A stretch of DNA of 64,000 bases, taken from NCBI GenBank assembly GCA_000004985.1, contig GG738845.1. One strand, given 5' to 3'. Position numbers and translations under genes: made by a program. Each line of letters starts with the position of its first letter. Positions within the stretch are counted from its first letter, which is position 1. The notes below the pieces were generated by a model. That model worked only from the letters and a program-made list of their open reading frames with translations. It searched no databases and had not been told where the DNA came from. The DNA comes from Naegleria gruberi (Eukaryota). This document shows positions 45,174 through 55,478 of the stretch, one piece after another.

Positions 45174-45504
45174 GATCCGATAAAAAATATCGTGGTGAAT
45201 AATAATTTTACACTCTCACAATAACATACCACCCTTTGAAAGCATTAACGATGATTTTTGATTTGCTCCTCTTAGTGATGCTGCTCCCGAGGAGGAGAGA
45301 AGTGTCGACGATGTATGTGGGTTGAGCATTTTTTATTATTTTAAATTTAAAAATATTATGTCACAGGTTGCCGCTAAATTTTTGGCTATTGTGAAACCGT
45401 CACAGAATTAGTAGTGTATTAATAACGGAAAACAAGAAACAAGCTTTACACAGTTTGATCCAATAGAGAAATTTTCCATTTGTGATTAATTGCAATTATA
45501 AAAA

Positions 45505-45996
45505 ATGTTTAAAAGAACAATTACTGTACGAAAGTTTATTTCTTCGTCCAGGTTGTTTAACAACTCGTTTCCTAAAACCCAATCCACAAATTACTCAACC
45601 ACACAGAGTAATGCAGATCAAGAAGGCAACACTCAATCAAATATTCATACTGCTGCTGCTGCTTTGGATTATGATGTTAAAGCAGAGAGGAAGCAATTGA
45701 AGAAAGATATGAGAGGCTTGAGTGACAAATATTTTGTTCCTCCACAGGTTGGGGTGGATGATGAGCAATATATCAGGTCCATGGAGACTCTAGAGCAACA
45801 GAGACAAGATGGCTCTACATCTGTAGAAGAATTTGTTTCGCTCACAACAACTACTTTGGAAGTAAAAGAAGTGGAACAAGACCACTCCAAACCACACCAC
45901 AAAAAACGTGGTTTACAACCACAACTTGCCAAAGGGAGCCTTATTAACAACACTAACCAAGATCCATCAAAAGACACTACCATCGATGAAGAATAG
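45505..45996 (+). CDS. Hypothetical protein with a mitochondrial-presequence-like N-terminus
   Basis: 163 aa, beginning MFKRTITVRKFISSSRLFNNSF (basic, hydroxylated, no acidic residues) and followed by an acidic coiled segment. Confidence 0.4.
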   Translation: MFKRTITVRKFISSSRLFNNSFPKTQSTNYSTTQSNADQEGNTQSNIHTAAAALDYDVKAERKQLKKDMRGLSDKYFVPPQVGVDDEQYIRSMETLEQQRQDGSTSVEEFVSLTTTTLEVKEVEQDHSKPHHKKRGLQPQLAKGSLINNTNQDPSKDTTIDEE

Positions 45997-46286
45997 TTAT
46001 TGTAAACATGGATTATTGTATTAATACCTCAATTCCCAAGATTCCGTCAATAAACATATATTGGTACTGATGTTTTCTACAAGACTATCTCCATCGCAAG
46101 GTCATCTCTGATGCTTCTGAAGGGATGAACTTTCTGTAGTCGGTTGCTGTTGTTCTCAATATAATAACTCAAAAGTTTAAGGTCAAACCAAACAACTACA
46201 AAAAAAATAATAGTGTTGTGTTCTCTTTCCAAAGGATTGAATTTGCCTCACGCTCTTAATAGATCTCCTTCGCAAGCTCTCAAAAA

Positions 46287-49200
46287 ATGTATTCCCAACA
46301 ACAATACTATCACGAGCAACAACATCACCAACAAATGATGATGGCTCAGCAACAACAAGCCTATAATCCTCAACAAGTTGTTGTTGTGCAAACTACAACT
46401 ACTACTTACCATCAACAGCCAATGTATCAACAATACAATATGTATGGCCAATATAATACGATGGAACAAAACTATGGTACGATTAATACAAACTATGAAC
46501 AACCAAGATCATTAGATACTTTGCCATTCTTTACAACAACTGAGTCGACTGATAGTCACAGTGACTTTGTTCCTCCTCCATTGTTCAATTTTGATAACTT
46601 GAATGTGGAAGCCCTTATTCAACCAACCTATCTTCCAATTGCAACCACTCAAATCAATAATGAGGTTACAAATACCAATAACGTTATAACCAACAATACT
46701 ACCATTAATAAGACCAATATTGTCAATACTGAAATTACAAATAACACTACAACCATTAATAACAATGTTACAAATCAAACTAATAAGATTAACAATGTTG
46801 CCAACACTAATAAGCAAGTTGTAAAAACAGTGGAAAAGAAGTCTGTCGTTAACAATCAAAATACTACAACAAACACTGTTAACAATCAAGTTATCAATAA
46901 TGTCACAACCAACAATATCTCAAAAACCGTTAATAACTCTGTCACTGTTAACGACACTACAGTTAATATTCAAAAGAATCATAATATCCAAACAGTAGAA
47001 ACTTCTGAAAATAATAAGAAAAATGTTACCACCAATGTTAGCGAAACAACAAAGGCTTCTGTCACAGTCCCAACCGTAGATCAAACTAGTAAGGTCACCA
47101 CTAGTAAGACTGTTGAAAAGAACACTACTATTGTGAATAACAGTGTTCCTGTTACTACCACTACAAGTACTCAAAAAACCGTAACTAGACCTCAATCAGC
47201 AACAAAAACAATTACCAATGCAACTACAAATGTTGTCAATAATCAAACAACAAATGTTGTTAACTCAAATACCACCAATACTGTTGTTAATAATACAGTT
47301 AATGTCACAAACAATACAACAACCACAGAAAACACCAAAACATTAGTCAGAACAAATACACAACCAAAACCAATCAGCCCAAGACCTACAAGTCCTGCAG
47401 GAAAGAAGGTTGTCGAAAACAATTCCACTATTGTTAACAATAATGCATCCAACGTGGTTAATAATACTGTTACCAATACCACTAAGGTTGTTGAAAATAA
47501 CACTGTTATCAATAATAATTCGACCAATGTAAAAACAATTGATACCAATACTCTTCAACCAACCACAACAACTCCAAGAAGACCAGTCAGTCCAAGGTTG
47601 AGTAATACCACTACTGCTACTAACACTGTTAAAGCTGTAAATCAAGTTGTTGAAAATAAGGCTGTAGTTAATAATAATCAGACAACGAATGTTGTTAATA
47701 ACACAACCAACAATGTTGTCAATAACAACACAACCACTAGTACTGAAACCACCAAGACTTTGGTTAGAACAAATACTCAACCAAGACCAATTAGTCCAAG
47801 ACCTCCAAGTCCTTCATGCAATAAGGTTGTTGAAAACACGTGCTCTAACGTTGTTAATAATTCTTCTAATGTTGTAAATAATGTGACCAATACAGTCACC
47901 AATAATACTACAACAAATGTTGTCAAAAACACAAACATTGTCAACAATACCAATGTTGTCAATAATAATACCAGTACAACATCTCAAAATACCAAGACTT
48001 TGGTTAGAACAAATACTCAACCAAAACCTATTAGCCCAAGACCAATTGTGGAAACTAATTGCTCCTCAGTTGTTGAAAATAATTCATGTAAGGTTGTTGA
48101 TAATGATTCAACTAAGGTAGTCAATAATTGCTCAAATGTAGTTAACAATGTCTCAACAACAGTAACCCAAAATGTTGTTACTAATACAGTAACAAACATT
48201 ACTAATACCACAAATACAGTGATTAGTAACACAAAGGTCGTTGAAAATAAGACTGTTATTAACAATGACTGCACAAACGTAAAGACCATTGAAAACAACA
48301 CCAATACTTCAACCCTTCAAGCAACCACCACAACTCCAAGAAGACCTGTCAGTCCAAGAGTCAATAGCTCTGCTAATGTAACAAGGACAGAACAAAACGT
48401 TGTTCAAAACTCTGTGACTAACAATGTTACAAATAATGTCACAAAGAATGTCGAAAATAATACTATTGTAAAGAATGAATCAAATTGTGTTAAAACAGTT
48501 ACTAACAATACAAAGGTTGAAAACAATACACTCCAAAACACCACCACAACTCCAAGAAGACCAGCAAGCCCTTCCCCTCAAACCACCACCAATTCAACTA
48601 GTAACACTGTTACAAAAACTATTGTCAATAACACTACAACAAACAGTAATACTACCATTATTAATAACAATGTTGTCAATAATACCTCTAATCAAACATC
48701 CAACACAACCAAATCCGTCAAACTTGAAAGTACAGTTAACAATAACCAACCAACTTCAATTACAGCAACCAAAACAGTGGAAACCAATACAAGTATTGTT
48801 AATAACAAGGCACCTGTCTCCACAACCACCACAACTCAAACTGCCTCAATTACAAGACCACAAAGTGCCACTAAGACGGTATCAAACACTACAACTGTAA
48901 CCAATAACCAAGAAATTAACAAGACCATTGTGAACAATACCACCAATAACATTATTAATAATACTATTATTGAAAAGAATATTACCAATAATGTTACAAA
49001 CAATGTTGTCAATAACCAGACAGTTAACAAGTCTATTGAACAAAATAATAACTCAACTGTAGAATGTATCAATAACAAGAAATGTAACATTACTAATACA
49101 GTTGAAAAGGTCAATGTTATTAATAATGTTACTTCAAATGTTACAAACAATATTACTCATGTCACTAACACAACCAACACTGTTACCAATAATGTTATTA

Positions 49201-50783
49201 ACAACACTAATGTGATCAACAACTCCACAGTTAATAAGAATGTTAGTGAAACAAACAATTCTTCCAAGTGCATTACAGATGAGACAAACATTTGCAATAA
49301 TAAGGCTATCACCAACCAAACCAACAAGTGCTCCGTTGAAAATAGTGAAAGAAAATGGGTAATTGAAGTTACAATTACCAACTTTAAATCAAACTTTTCT
49401 CACTTGATGGGAGTTTCTCCTCTCTATTCTTCAACTTTACAAACTTTGGAGAAGTATCAAGCCAATCTCATGAAGACTCTTGAATTGGCAACTGGAGATA
49501 ATACTCACAAGTTTATGACTTTGGCCAATCAAATCGATTCTGAATTTGAAAAGAATATAGGTTGGTTGACTAGAACAATTGTCATGCTCGAAAGAGAAAA
49601 GATTGCGTTCAACAACTGGACTGATAACCCTAATATTCCAAAATTTTTGTCTATGAATGTTGAACAACTCATTGAGGAGTGTAGAAAGCTACCTTCTGAT
49701 CCAAAATTTGATTCATCAGTCAAGACTCTTATTGAATACTTCCAAAAGTATGGCAAATTAGTACAATACTTGGTTCTTTTAAGATATTATTATACTAGTA
49801 TCCATAAAAAGTATGACGCCCCAAAGGTTGTCCTTGAAAGAACTACAAGATGTGGAGTTTCAAAGATGTATTCGGACAATGATTTTGACTTTACTGTTGA
49901 TTCCCTCAAGGTCAGTGTTGCCTATTGGTTAAGGCCTTGTCAATTCAGTGATAAGCCAATCTTGGTTGATTCTGCCGCTGGTATTGAAGTAAAGAATATC
50001 AGAAAGGGTCTTATCAACAATGCCTATTTTATCTCTGCACTCTATGCCATTTCATCAAAGAGACCAGAAATTATCAAGAATAGTTTTGTTGAAACTGATT
50101 TTGTTACGGGAAGACATACCATGAAGCTCTACAATTCTAATGGTCACCAAAAGTTTGTTTCAATTGATGATAGCATTCCTATTGAATATTTGGGTAAGCC
50201 TATTGGTGCCATCTCTGGAAATCCAAATGAATTCTGGGTGCAATTGTTAGAAAAATCTTACGCAAAACACTTGGGAGGTTATCATATGTATTGCCATGGT
50301 GGTAGACCCCAAGATGCTCTCCAATCATTGTTTGGAACGAAGATTAGCTTTGAAACCAAGTTAGGAAGTAGTTGCGACGTTTCATCTGTTTGGTCAAGAG
50401 TCGTTTCAGAATTCAACAATGGAAATCTCCTTCTTGTTTCAAATACTAAGGGCTACAATGAAATTACTGAAAATGATTGTCATGCTTATATTGTCCAACA
50501 AGTTGTTGAAGTAGAAGATGATAATAAGGTTGTTCACAAGCTTGTAAAGTTATTCAACCCATGGGGTTTCGCTTACAGCTCAAATGAGCAATTAACTGAG
50601 AAGGCATATGCTTGCATGGAATGGAAAGGTAAATACTCTGACAATGATTCATCATGGAATGAATCACTCTTGAAAAAACTTGATGTTAAGAGTGCTAATG
50701 ATGGCATATTTTGGATGTGTTGTGAAGATTTCTGTCGTCACTGGACTGAGGTAGTATCTGTTACTCTTCCTCGTGCTAAGTAA
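46287..50783 (+). CDS. Calpain-like protein with substituted catalytic Cys (pseudo-calpain), carrying a roughly 1000-residue Asn/Thr/Val-rich repetitive N-terminal region
   Basis: 1498-aa ORF. The C-terminal about 450 aa align to the calpain protease core. KGLINNAYFISALYAI corresponds to QG.LGDCWLLAALAAL with Ala in place of Cys. The His box NDCHAYIV and the Asn box LFNPWGFAY are retained, as is WVQLLEKSYAKHLGGY (WSALLEKAYAKL.GSY). The N-terminal region has repeated ...TKTLVRTNTQPKPISPRP... and TTTPRRPVSPR units. Confidence 0.7.
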   Translation: MYSQQQYYHEQQHHQQMMMAQQQQAYNPQQVVVVQTTTTTYHQQPMYQQYNMYGQYNTMEQNYGTINTNYEQPRSLDTLPFFTTTESTDSHSDFVPPPLFNFDNLNVEALIQPTYLPIATTQINNEVTNTNNVITNNTTINKTNIVNTEITNNTTTINNNVTNQTNKINNVANTNKQVVKTVEKKSVVNNQNTTTNTVNNQVINNVTTNNISKTVNNSVTVNDTTVNIQKNHNIQTVETSENNKKNVTTNVSETTKASVTVPTVDQTSKVTTSKTVEKNTTIVNNSVPVTTTTSTQKTVTRPQSATKTITNATTNVVNNQTTNVVNSNTTNTVVNNTVNVTNNTTTTENTKTLVRTNTQPKPISPRPTSPAGKKVVENNSTIVNNNASNVVNNTVTNTTKVVENNTVINNNSTNVKTIDTNTLQPTTTTPRRPVSPRLSNTTTATNTVKAVNQVVENKAVVNNNQTTNVVNNTTNNVVNNNTTTSTETTKTLVRTNTQPRPISPRPPSPSCNKVVENTCSNVVNNSSNVVNNVTNTVTNNTTTNVVKNTNIVNNTNVVNNNTSTTSQNTKTLVRTNTQPKPISPRPIVETNCSSVVENNSCKVVDNDSTKVVNNCSNVVNNVSTTVTQNVVTNTVTNITNTTNTVISNTKVVENKTVINNDCTNVKTIENNTNTSTLQATTTTPRRPVSPRVNSSANVTRTEQNVVQNSVTNNVTNNVTKNVENNTIVKNESNCVKTVTNNTKVENNTLQNTTTTPRRPASPSPQTTTNSTSNTVTKTIVNNTTTNSNTTIINNNVVNNTSNQTSNTTKSVKLESTVNNNQPTSITATKTVETNTSIVNNKAPVSTTTTTQTASITRPQSATKTVSNTTTVTNNQEINKTIVNNTTNNIINNTIIEKNITNNVTNNVVNNQTVNKSIEQNNNSTVECINNKKCNITNTVEKVNVINNVTSNVTNNITHVTNTTNTVTNNVINNTNVINNSTVNKNVSETNNSSKCITDETNICNNKAITNQTNKCSVENSERKWVIEVTITNFKSNFSHLMGVSPLYSSTLQTLEKYQANLMKTLELATGDNTHKFMTLANQIDSEFEKNIGWLTRTIVMLEREKIAFNNWTDNPNIPKFLSMNVEQLIEECRKLPSDPKFDSSVKTLIEYFQKYGKLVQYLVLLRYYYTSIHKKYDAPKVVLERTTRCGVSKMYSDNDFDFTVDSLKVSVAYWLRPCQFSDKPILVDSAAGIEVKNIRKGLINNAYFISALYAISSKRPEIIKNSFVETDFVTGRHTMKLYNSNGHQKFVSIDDSIPIEYLGKPIGAISGNPNEFWVQLLEKSYAKHLGGYHMYCHGGRPQDALQSLFGTKISFETKLGSSCDVSSVWSRVVSEFNNGNLLLVSNTKGYNEITENDCHAYIVQQVVEVEDDNKVVHKLVKLFNPWGFAYSSNEQLTEKAYACMEWKGKYSDNDSSWNESLLKKLDVKSANDGIFWMCCEDFCRHWTEVVSVTLPRAK
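46650..49350 (+). repeat. Coding tandem-repeat array (Asn/Thr/Val-rich units with an embedded TKTLVRTNTQP[KR]PISPRP motif repeated at least 3 times and a TTTPRRP[VA]SP motif repeated 3 times)
   Basis: Direct nucleotide repeats are visible, for example accaagactttggttagaacaaatactcaaccaa at about 47750 and about 47990, and caccaaaacattagtcagaacaaatacacaaccaaaaccaatcagcccaagacc at about 47330. Antisense shadow ORFs pile up across this interval. Confidence 0.7.
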
Positions 50784-50852
50784 AAATAATTTAGAATAAA
50801 TTATATTTCTGAAATTTCCTGAAAATTAATAAATAACCTTTGTAAACCTTTT

Positions 50853-51857
50853 TTATTGTTTGTTGGCCTTCTTTGCTTTTGCCAAAAAGTCGTCCTTCAT
50901 CTTGATAGTAAGCATGTATTCATTCTTTTGCTTGAATGGTTTATCTTCTTCAAGGGCTTTCTTTAAATCCATACCAGGGAATTCATTAGCAAGTTTTTCC
51001 TTAGCTTTACCAACAAAGTCTTTTAACATTTGGAAAGCTTGTTCTTCATTTTCAACACGGAAACACAAAATCTTTACCTTTTTTCCTGTCACCAAAAACT
51101 TGATCATTTTCTTCATCTTGACATCCAAATCATGAGTATCAATATTAGCAGAAAATCTAATTTCCTTAGTCTTCTTCTCTTCCAATTCCTTTTCTAAATC
51201 CTTCAACTGGCTCAACTTGTCCTTGATAATTGCATGTTTTAAAAATACAACATAATCACCCAATTTAACAACTGGTGGGCTAACAGAATCTACAACTAGG
51301 ATTAAATCTAATCCTTCATTGAGTGCAATTTCTTCTGCTGATTCTCTATCAATTTTATCGGCAATCATTGTACCATCACTGACACGAATAAGTCTATAGT
51401 GTGTAAATTCTTCTGGAATTTCATAATTTACAGGTTTAGTAATTTGGTCAATTCCGAGTTCCTCTTCCTTGGCTACAAGAATGGTCTTGCTTGTTCGGAG
51501 AGCCTTTTCTTTTTTAGAAGATGTTGTTCTAGCTTTGAAATAATTGGACCATTTAATATCAAGTTCTTGAGCAACACGATCCAAGTAAGCTGCCTCATCT
51601 TCTCCTTCATTGGCACTCTTAGGAACAGCAGTAGTATGATACATCATTTGTTGACCAGTACTTGTTGTTGTATTCATAAATAATGCATTATTATTAACAA
51701 ATTGTTTAGTATTCAAAGATAGTTGTTGATGTACAATATTCAAAAATCTATTATTATTATTATTGTTAATAATAATAGGAAGGATGGAATTTACACTAGG
51801 AGAGGAAGCGGATTTGAAAATTCCTCTGATATTATTTACAAGGCTTAACCTTTTCAT
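50853..51857 (-). CDS. Mitochondrial translation initiation factor IF-3
   Basis: 334 aa. The IF3 N-domain is YRLIRVSDGTMIADKIDRESAEEIALNEGLDLILVVDSVSPPVVKLGDY. The C-domain is KEIRFSANIDTHDLDVKMKKMIKFLVTGKKVKILCFRVENEEQA. The N-terminus MKRLSLVNNIRGIFKSASS looks like a mitochondrial presequence. Confidence 0.8.
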   Translation of the reverse strand: MKRLSLVNNIRGIFKSASSPSVNSILPIIINNNNNNRFLNIVHQQLSLNTKQFVNNNALFMNTTTSTGQQMMYHTTAVPKSANEGEDEAAYLDRVAQELDIKWSNYFKARTTSSKKEKALRTSKTILVAKEEELGIDQITKPVNYEIPEEFTHYRLIRVSDGTMIADKIDRESAEEIALNEGLDLILVVDSVSPPVVKLGDYVVFLKHAIIKDKLSQLKDLEKELEEKKTKEIRFSANIDTHDLDVKMKKMIKFLVTGKKVKILCFRVENEEQAFQMLKDFVGKAKEKLANEFPGMDLKKALEEDKPFKQKNEYMLTIKMKDDFLAKAKKANKQ

Positions 51858-52059
51858 TTTTTTTGTTTGTGAGTTATTTTTAAAACTTGATTGCTTCTTT
51901 CTAATTGCATCAAGCTTTTATTAAGAAATTCGCAACTTGTTATCAAAGGAAGAGAGATAATTGTAATATTGTTGAATTTAAAGGTTCATTGCATTACTTA
52001 TTGAAATTTAAATGATGAAAAAAGTAGGAATAGAATGTGAAAAAAAGTTAGTTCAAAAT

Positions 52060-52932
52060 TTATTGTTTGAGACCCAATCTTCTAGAAGCGAACAATGGAA
52101 GAACAAAGCTTGAAGCATGGAGACCTGGGTTATAGTATTGGAGGGTATCCTTAGCAGATTCGAACCATTCAGTTCTCTTAGCAACCTTGACGTCATTGGA
52201 TTCATCCTTAGAACAAATGAAGAAACCAATAGCACCAGATGGATAAGTTGGAATGGAAATAGTAGAGTAGGAGACATTTGGGAAAATATCAACAATGAAA
52301 TCCTTCATACCAGCAATAATGTCCAAGTGCAACCACATGGATTCAGCTTGAGTACACAAAATACCATTTTCGTTCAAAGCTTCCTTGCAGGACTTGTAGA
52401 ATTCAGGTCCGAACAATGATGAAGCAGGACCAACTGGATCAGAAGAGTCAACAATGACAACATCAAAGCAATTCTTGTGTTCCTTCAAGAAGACAGCACC
52501 ATCATAAATGTGGAGCTTGAGCTTTGGACTTTCGAAAGACATATTCATGTGTGGGAGGAACTTCTTGGAAGCATTAACGACACCTTCATCAATTTCACAC
52601 AAGTGGACTTCTTCAACAGATGGATGCTTCAAAATTTCTCTAACGACACCACCGTCACCACCACCAATAACACAAACCTTCTTTGGGTCAGTCTTGAGAG
52701 CAGCCAATGGGATGTGAGCCATCATTTCTTGATAAGCACATTCATCTCTTTCAGTTTGTTGGATGACACCATCCAAAACCAAAACTCTTCCGTAATTTTC
52801 AGAGTCAAAGACCAAAATATCTTGGAACTTGGACTTTTCTTCGTGCAAAACTTGCTTGACCTTCAAGCTGAAACATTCTCCTGGCCACATAGTGGAGAGT
52901 TCTGAGAACCAACCTTCCTTTAAAGCGTTCAT
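52060..52932 (-). CDS. Spermidine synthase
   Basis: The track ORF extends to 53166, but the conserved protein starts at the internal ATG (MNALKEGWFSELSTMWPGECFSLKVKQVLHEEKSKFQDILVFDSENYGRVLVLDGVIQ). The AdoMet-binding VIGGGDGGVVREILKH motif is present, as is the DVVIVDSSDPVGPA motif. Confidence 0.9.
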   Translation of the reverse strand: MNALKEGWFSELSTMWPGECFSLKVKQVLHEEKSKFQDILVFDSENYGRVLVLDGVIQQTERDECAYQEMMAHIPLAALKTDPKKVCVIGGGDGGVVREILKHPSVEEVHLCEIDEGVVNASKKFLPHMNMSFESPKLKLHIYDGAVFLKEHKNCFDVVIVDSSDPVGPASSLFGPEFYKSCKEALNENGILCTQAESMWLHLDIIAGMKDFIVDIFPNVSYSTISIPTYPSGAIGFFICSKDESNDVKVAKRTEWFESAKDTLQYYNPGLHASSFVLPLFASRRLGLKQ

Positions 52933-53236
52933 ATTGTTTTGTTGTTGTTGTTTGGGTGTTGTGTTAATATTTTTTTTGAACAGCAAATATTTTGAATAGG
53001 TTTTAACGGGTTGTTTTGCGTTGTTGTTGCGGTGCCAACTTCTGCTTGGTTGATGTTTGTGATGGTCCAACAAAAGGATTCTTGTTGAGGCACAAAGATG
53101 TTTCTTCATGAAAAGATAGAGAGATCTCCAACACAGGTGGTGACTTGCTTTTTTAATTATGTGCAATAGAGGTTGGTTTGTTTACAAAAAGAATGCATTG
53201 TAAAGTTTTCTTATGAGAAAAAACTGGATTTAAAAT

Positions 53237-55277
53237 TTATTTAGAAGCTTCTCTAATTTCCTTAATGAGCTTCTTCTTGTAAGCATCAATGTTATCCTTA
53301 TAAATCTTGACAGTACCCTTTTCAACTTGCCAGATTTGCTTATTTTCTATCTTATCAATCAATCTAAAATCGTGAGAAACTAAAACAACACCGCCAGAGT
53401 AGCAGTTGATAGCTTCAGCAAGAGAGTCAATTGTTTCAATATCAAGATGGCTGTAAAAAGATAAATTAGAAATTAAATTCAATCTAATATACTTACTTAG
53501 TAGGTTCGTCAAGGAACAAAATAAATGGCTTCTTAAGAGCTAACCAAGCAAAAATCAATCTTGATTTCAAACCATCTGAGAGACATTTAATTGGAGCAGT
53601 TTGACGTGTACCACTGATACCATAAGTACCAATAGCAGCTCTCATCATTTCTGTACCATTAGAGTTATTTTCAATAAGGTCTGGGAATTCCTTAAACATC
53701 CATTCTAAAGGAGTCATGTCTTCATCTAATTGCTAAATAAATAGTTAAAATTATTGACAGGTTATTAAAAACATACTTCAGTCAAATGTTGGTGGTAGTG
53801 ACCAATCTTCAAGTGGGAGTGAAGATTAATATCTCCAGAGACAGGTTTAAGTTGCTTAACCATGAGTTTCATCAATGTAGATTTACCAGCACCATTCTAT
53901 AAAGAGTGTTAAAAATTTCAATTAAGGATATACTATTGACTACTTACTGGACCGACGAGAGCAATACGGGAATCCATATCAACACCCAAAGATAGCTTAC
54001 TGAATAACAATGGAGGTTCTGGCATAATTTCAGTAGCTGGGTAGTGGAATGAGACTTCGTTAAATTGCAAAACTGGTGGTGGCAACTTTGGAACATCTGG
54101 GAATGTGAATTTGAAAATCTTGTCAGCAGTAACCTTTTCAGTTAAACCACTTCTCATCATCTTTTCAAGTTGTTTTTCCTTAGATTTGGCTTGTCTAGAC
54201 ATTTTGATGGATGTTTGACCGAACTTGGCAATATATTCCTTCATTCTACTGATATCATCTTGTTCAGATTGATATCTCTTCATTTGATTGACTTCTAATT
54301 CTTCTCTAGTCTTGCAGTAGGTATCATAATTACCTCCGTAATAAGTTAATCTTTGATCTTTGAGATGGATAATTGATGTACAGACATTGTTAAGGAAATC
54401 TTGAGAGTGGGAAATGATAATTAAAGAGTTTTCATATTCTTTGAGGTACATTTCAAGCCAGACACAAGTTTCAAGATCAAGATGGCTGTATATTATTAAT
54501 GGATGGAAATAAGATTGTAATTATATGAAAATAAGAATTAGGTCAAAAATCATAAAACACTTACTTTGTAGGTTCATCGAGAAGCAAAACATCAGGTTCA
54601 ATGAAAAGAGCTTCGGCCAACTTGATTCTCATTCTCCAACCACCGGAGAAATCCTTAGTTGCCTTCAATTGCATTTGAGGAGTAAAACCCAAACCGTGCA
54701 AAAGTTTAGCAGCCTTAGGTTTCGTCCATTCTGGATCTAATTCTTCCAACTTATCCATGATGAGTTCTTGTCTTTCAGTTGTTGTCTTTGGATCGTTCAA
54801 TTCCTTTTCTAATCTTTTACGTTCCTTATCGACACTTGATAAAACATAGTCAAGTGCACTCATATCGGTTGGTTTAGCTTCACCTTGTAAGTGATAAATT
54901 GAAATTTGCTTTGGAATAGGAATCATTCTTCTACCCAAAACTTTGAGAAGAGTGGATTTACCTGAACCATTCAAACCGATTAAACCGTATTTAACACCTC
55001 TATTCAAACAAAATTCAGTGTCATCAATAAGATCAACTGAGGCAGAGAGTTGTGGTGAAGAAATGGATATAGAAAAGTGTTCAAATTTCAAGTCCATAGA
55101 AAGTGGGTGAGAAACCAAATTACCAGTGGCTGAAATGTGAAGAGTTGTTGTGGAAGCATCTTGTTGAAGTTCGTGATTTTCGTCATCACTATCATAATCA
55201 ACCTTTGTTGGAGTGGTACTAGCAGGAGAAGGAGTATTGGATTTACCACCTTTCTTGTTATTCTTCTTTGGAGGCAT
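53237..55277 (-). CDS. ABCF-family ATP-binding cassette protein (GCN20/ABCF-like, two NBDs, no TMD), 606 aa. Five exons: 54565..55277, 53948..54485, 53777..53896, 53497..53732 and 53237..53450
   Basis: NBD1 has Walker [12 protein letters not shown], signature LSGGWRMR and Walker B LLLDEPTN (split by intron 1 after DEPT). NBD2 has Walker A VGP|NGAGKST (split by intron 2), signature LSDGLKSR and Walker [10 protein letters not shown] (split by intron 4). The four introns are 79, 51, 44 and 46 nt. They use GTAAGT or GTATGT donors, and all are phase-consistent with the track coordinates. Confidence 0.85.
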
Positions 55278-55478
55278 GTTGGGTGATGAGTGGTAATGTG
55301 GTGGTGGTGGTTAGTCTTTTGACTTTTTTTTGTTCAAACAATTTCCAGATAGATGGTTGGTTTTTGTTGAAGCGAGAATCCTCCAATAAATGTTTTACAT
55401 TTGGCTTTTCTTGCCTGGTACCTAGGTAATGATGTTGTTTAAATAAATTGAATAATAAATAATTAATAATTTAAAAAA

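Noticed and set aside
47243-49381. Cluster of long antisense and off-frame ORFs (for example 47243..47548 minus, 48017..48304 minus, 48475..48900 plus, 48836..49150 minus) inside the calpain-like gene
   Set aside because: These are shadow ORFs produced by the low-complexity Asn/Thr/Val codon repeats (AAT/ACA/GTT-rich) that lack stops on several frames. They are hydrophobic V/L/T-rich nonsense translations.
52933-53166. N-terminal 78-aa extension of spermidine synthase in the track ORF (MHIIKKASHHLCWRS...)
   Set aside because: It starts at a non-ATG codon in the AT-rich upstream region. The conserved spermidine synthase sequence begins at the internal ATG (MNALKEGWFSEL). The extension is probably 5' UTR.
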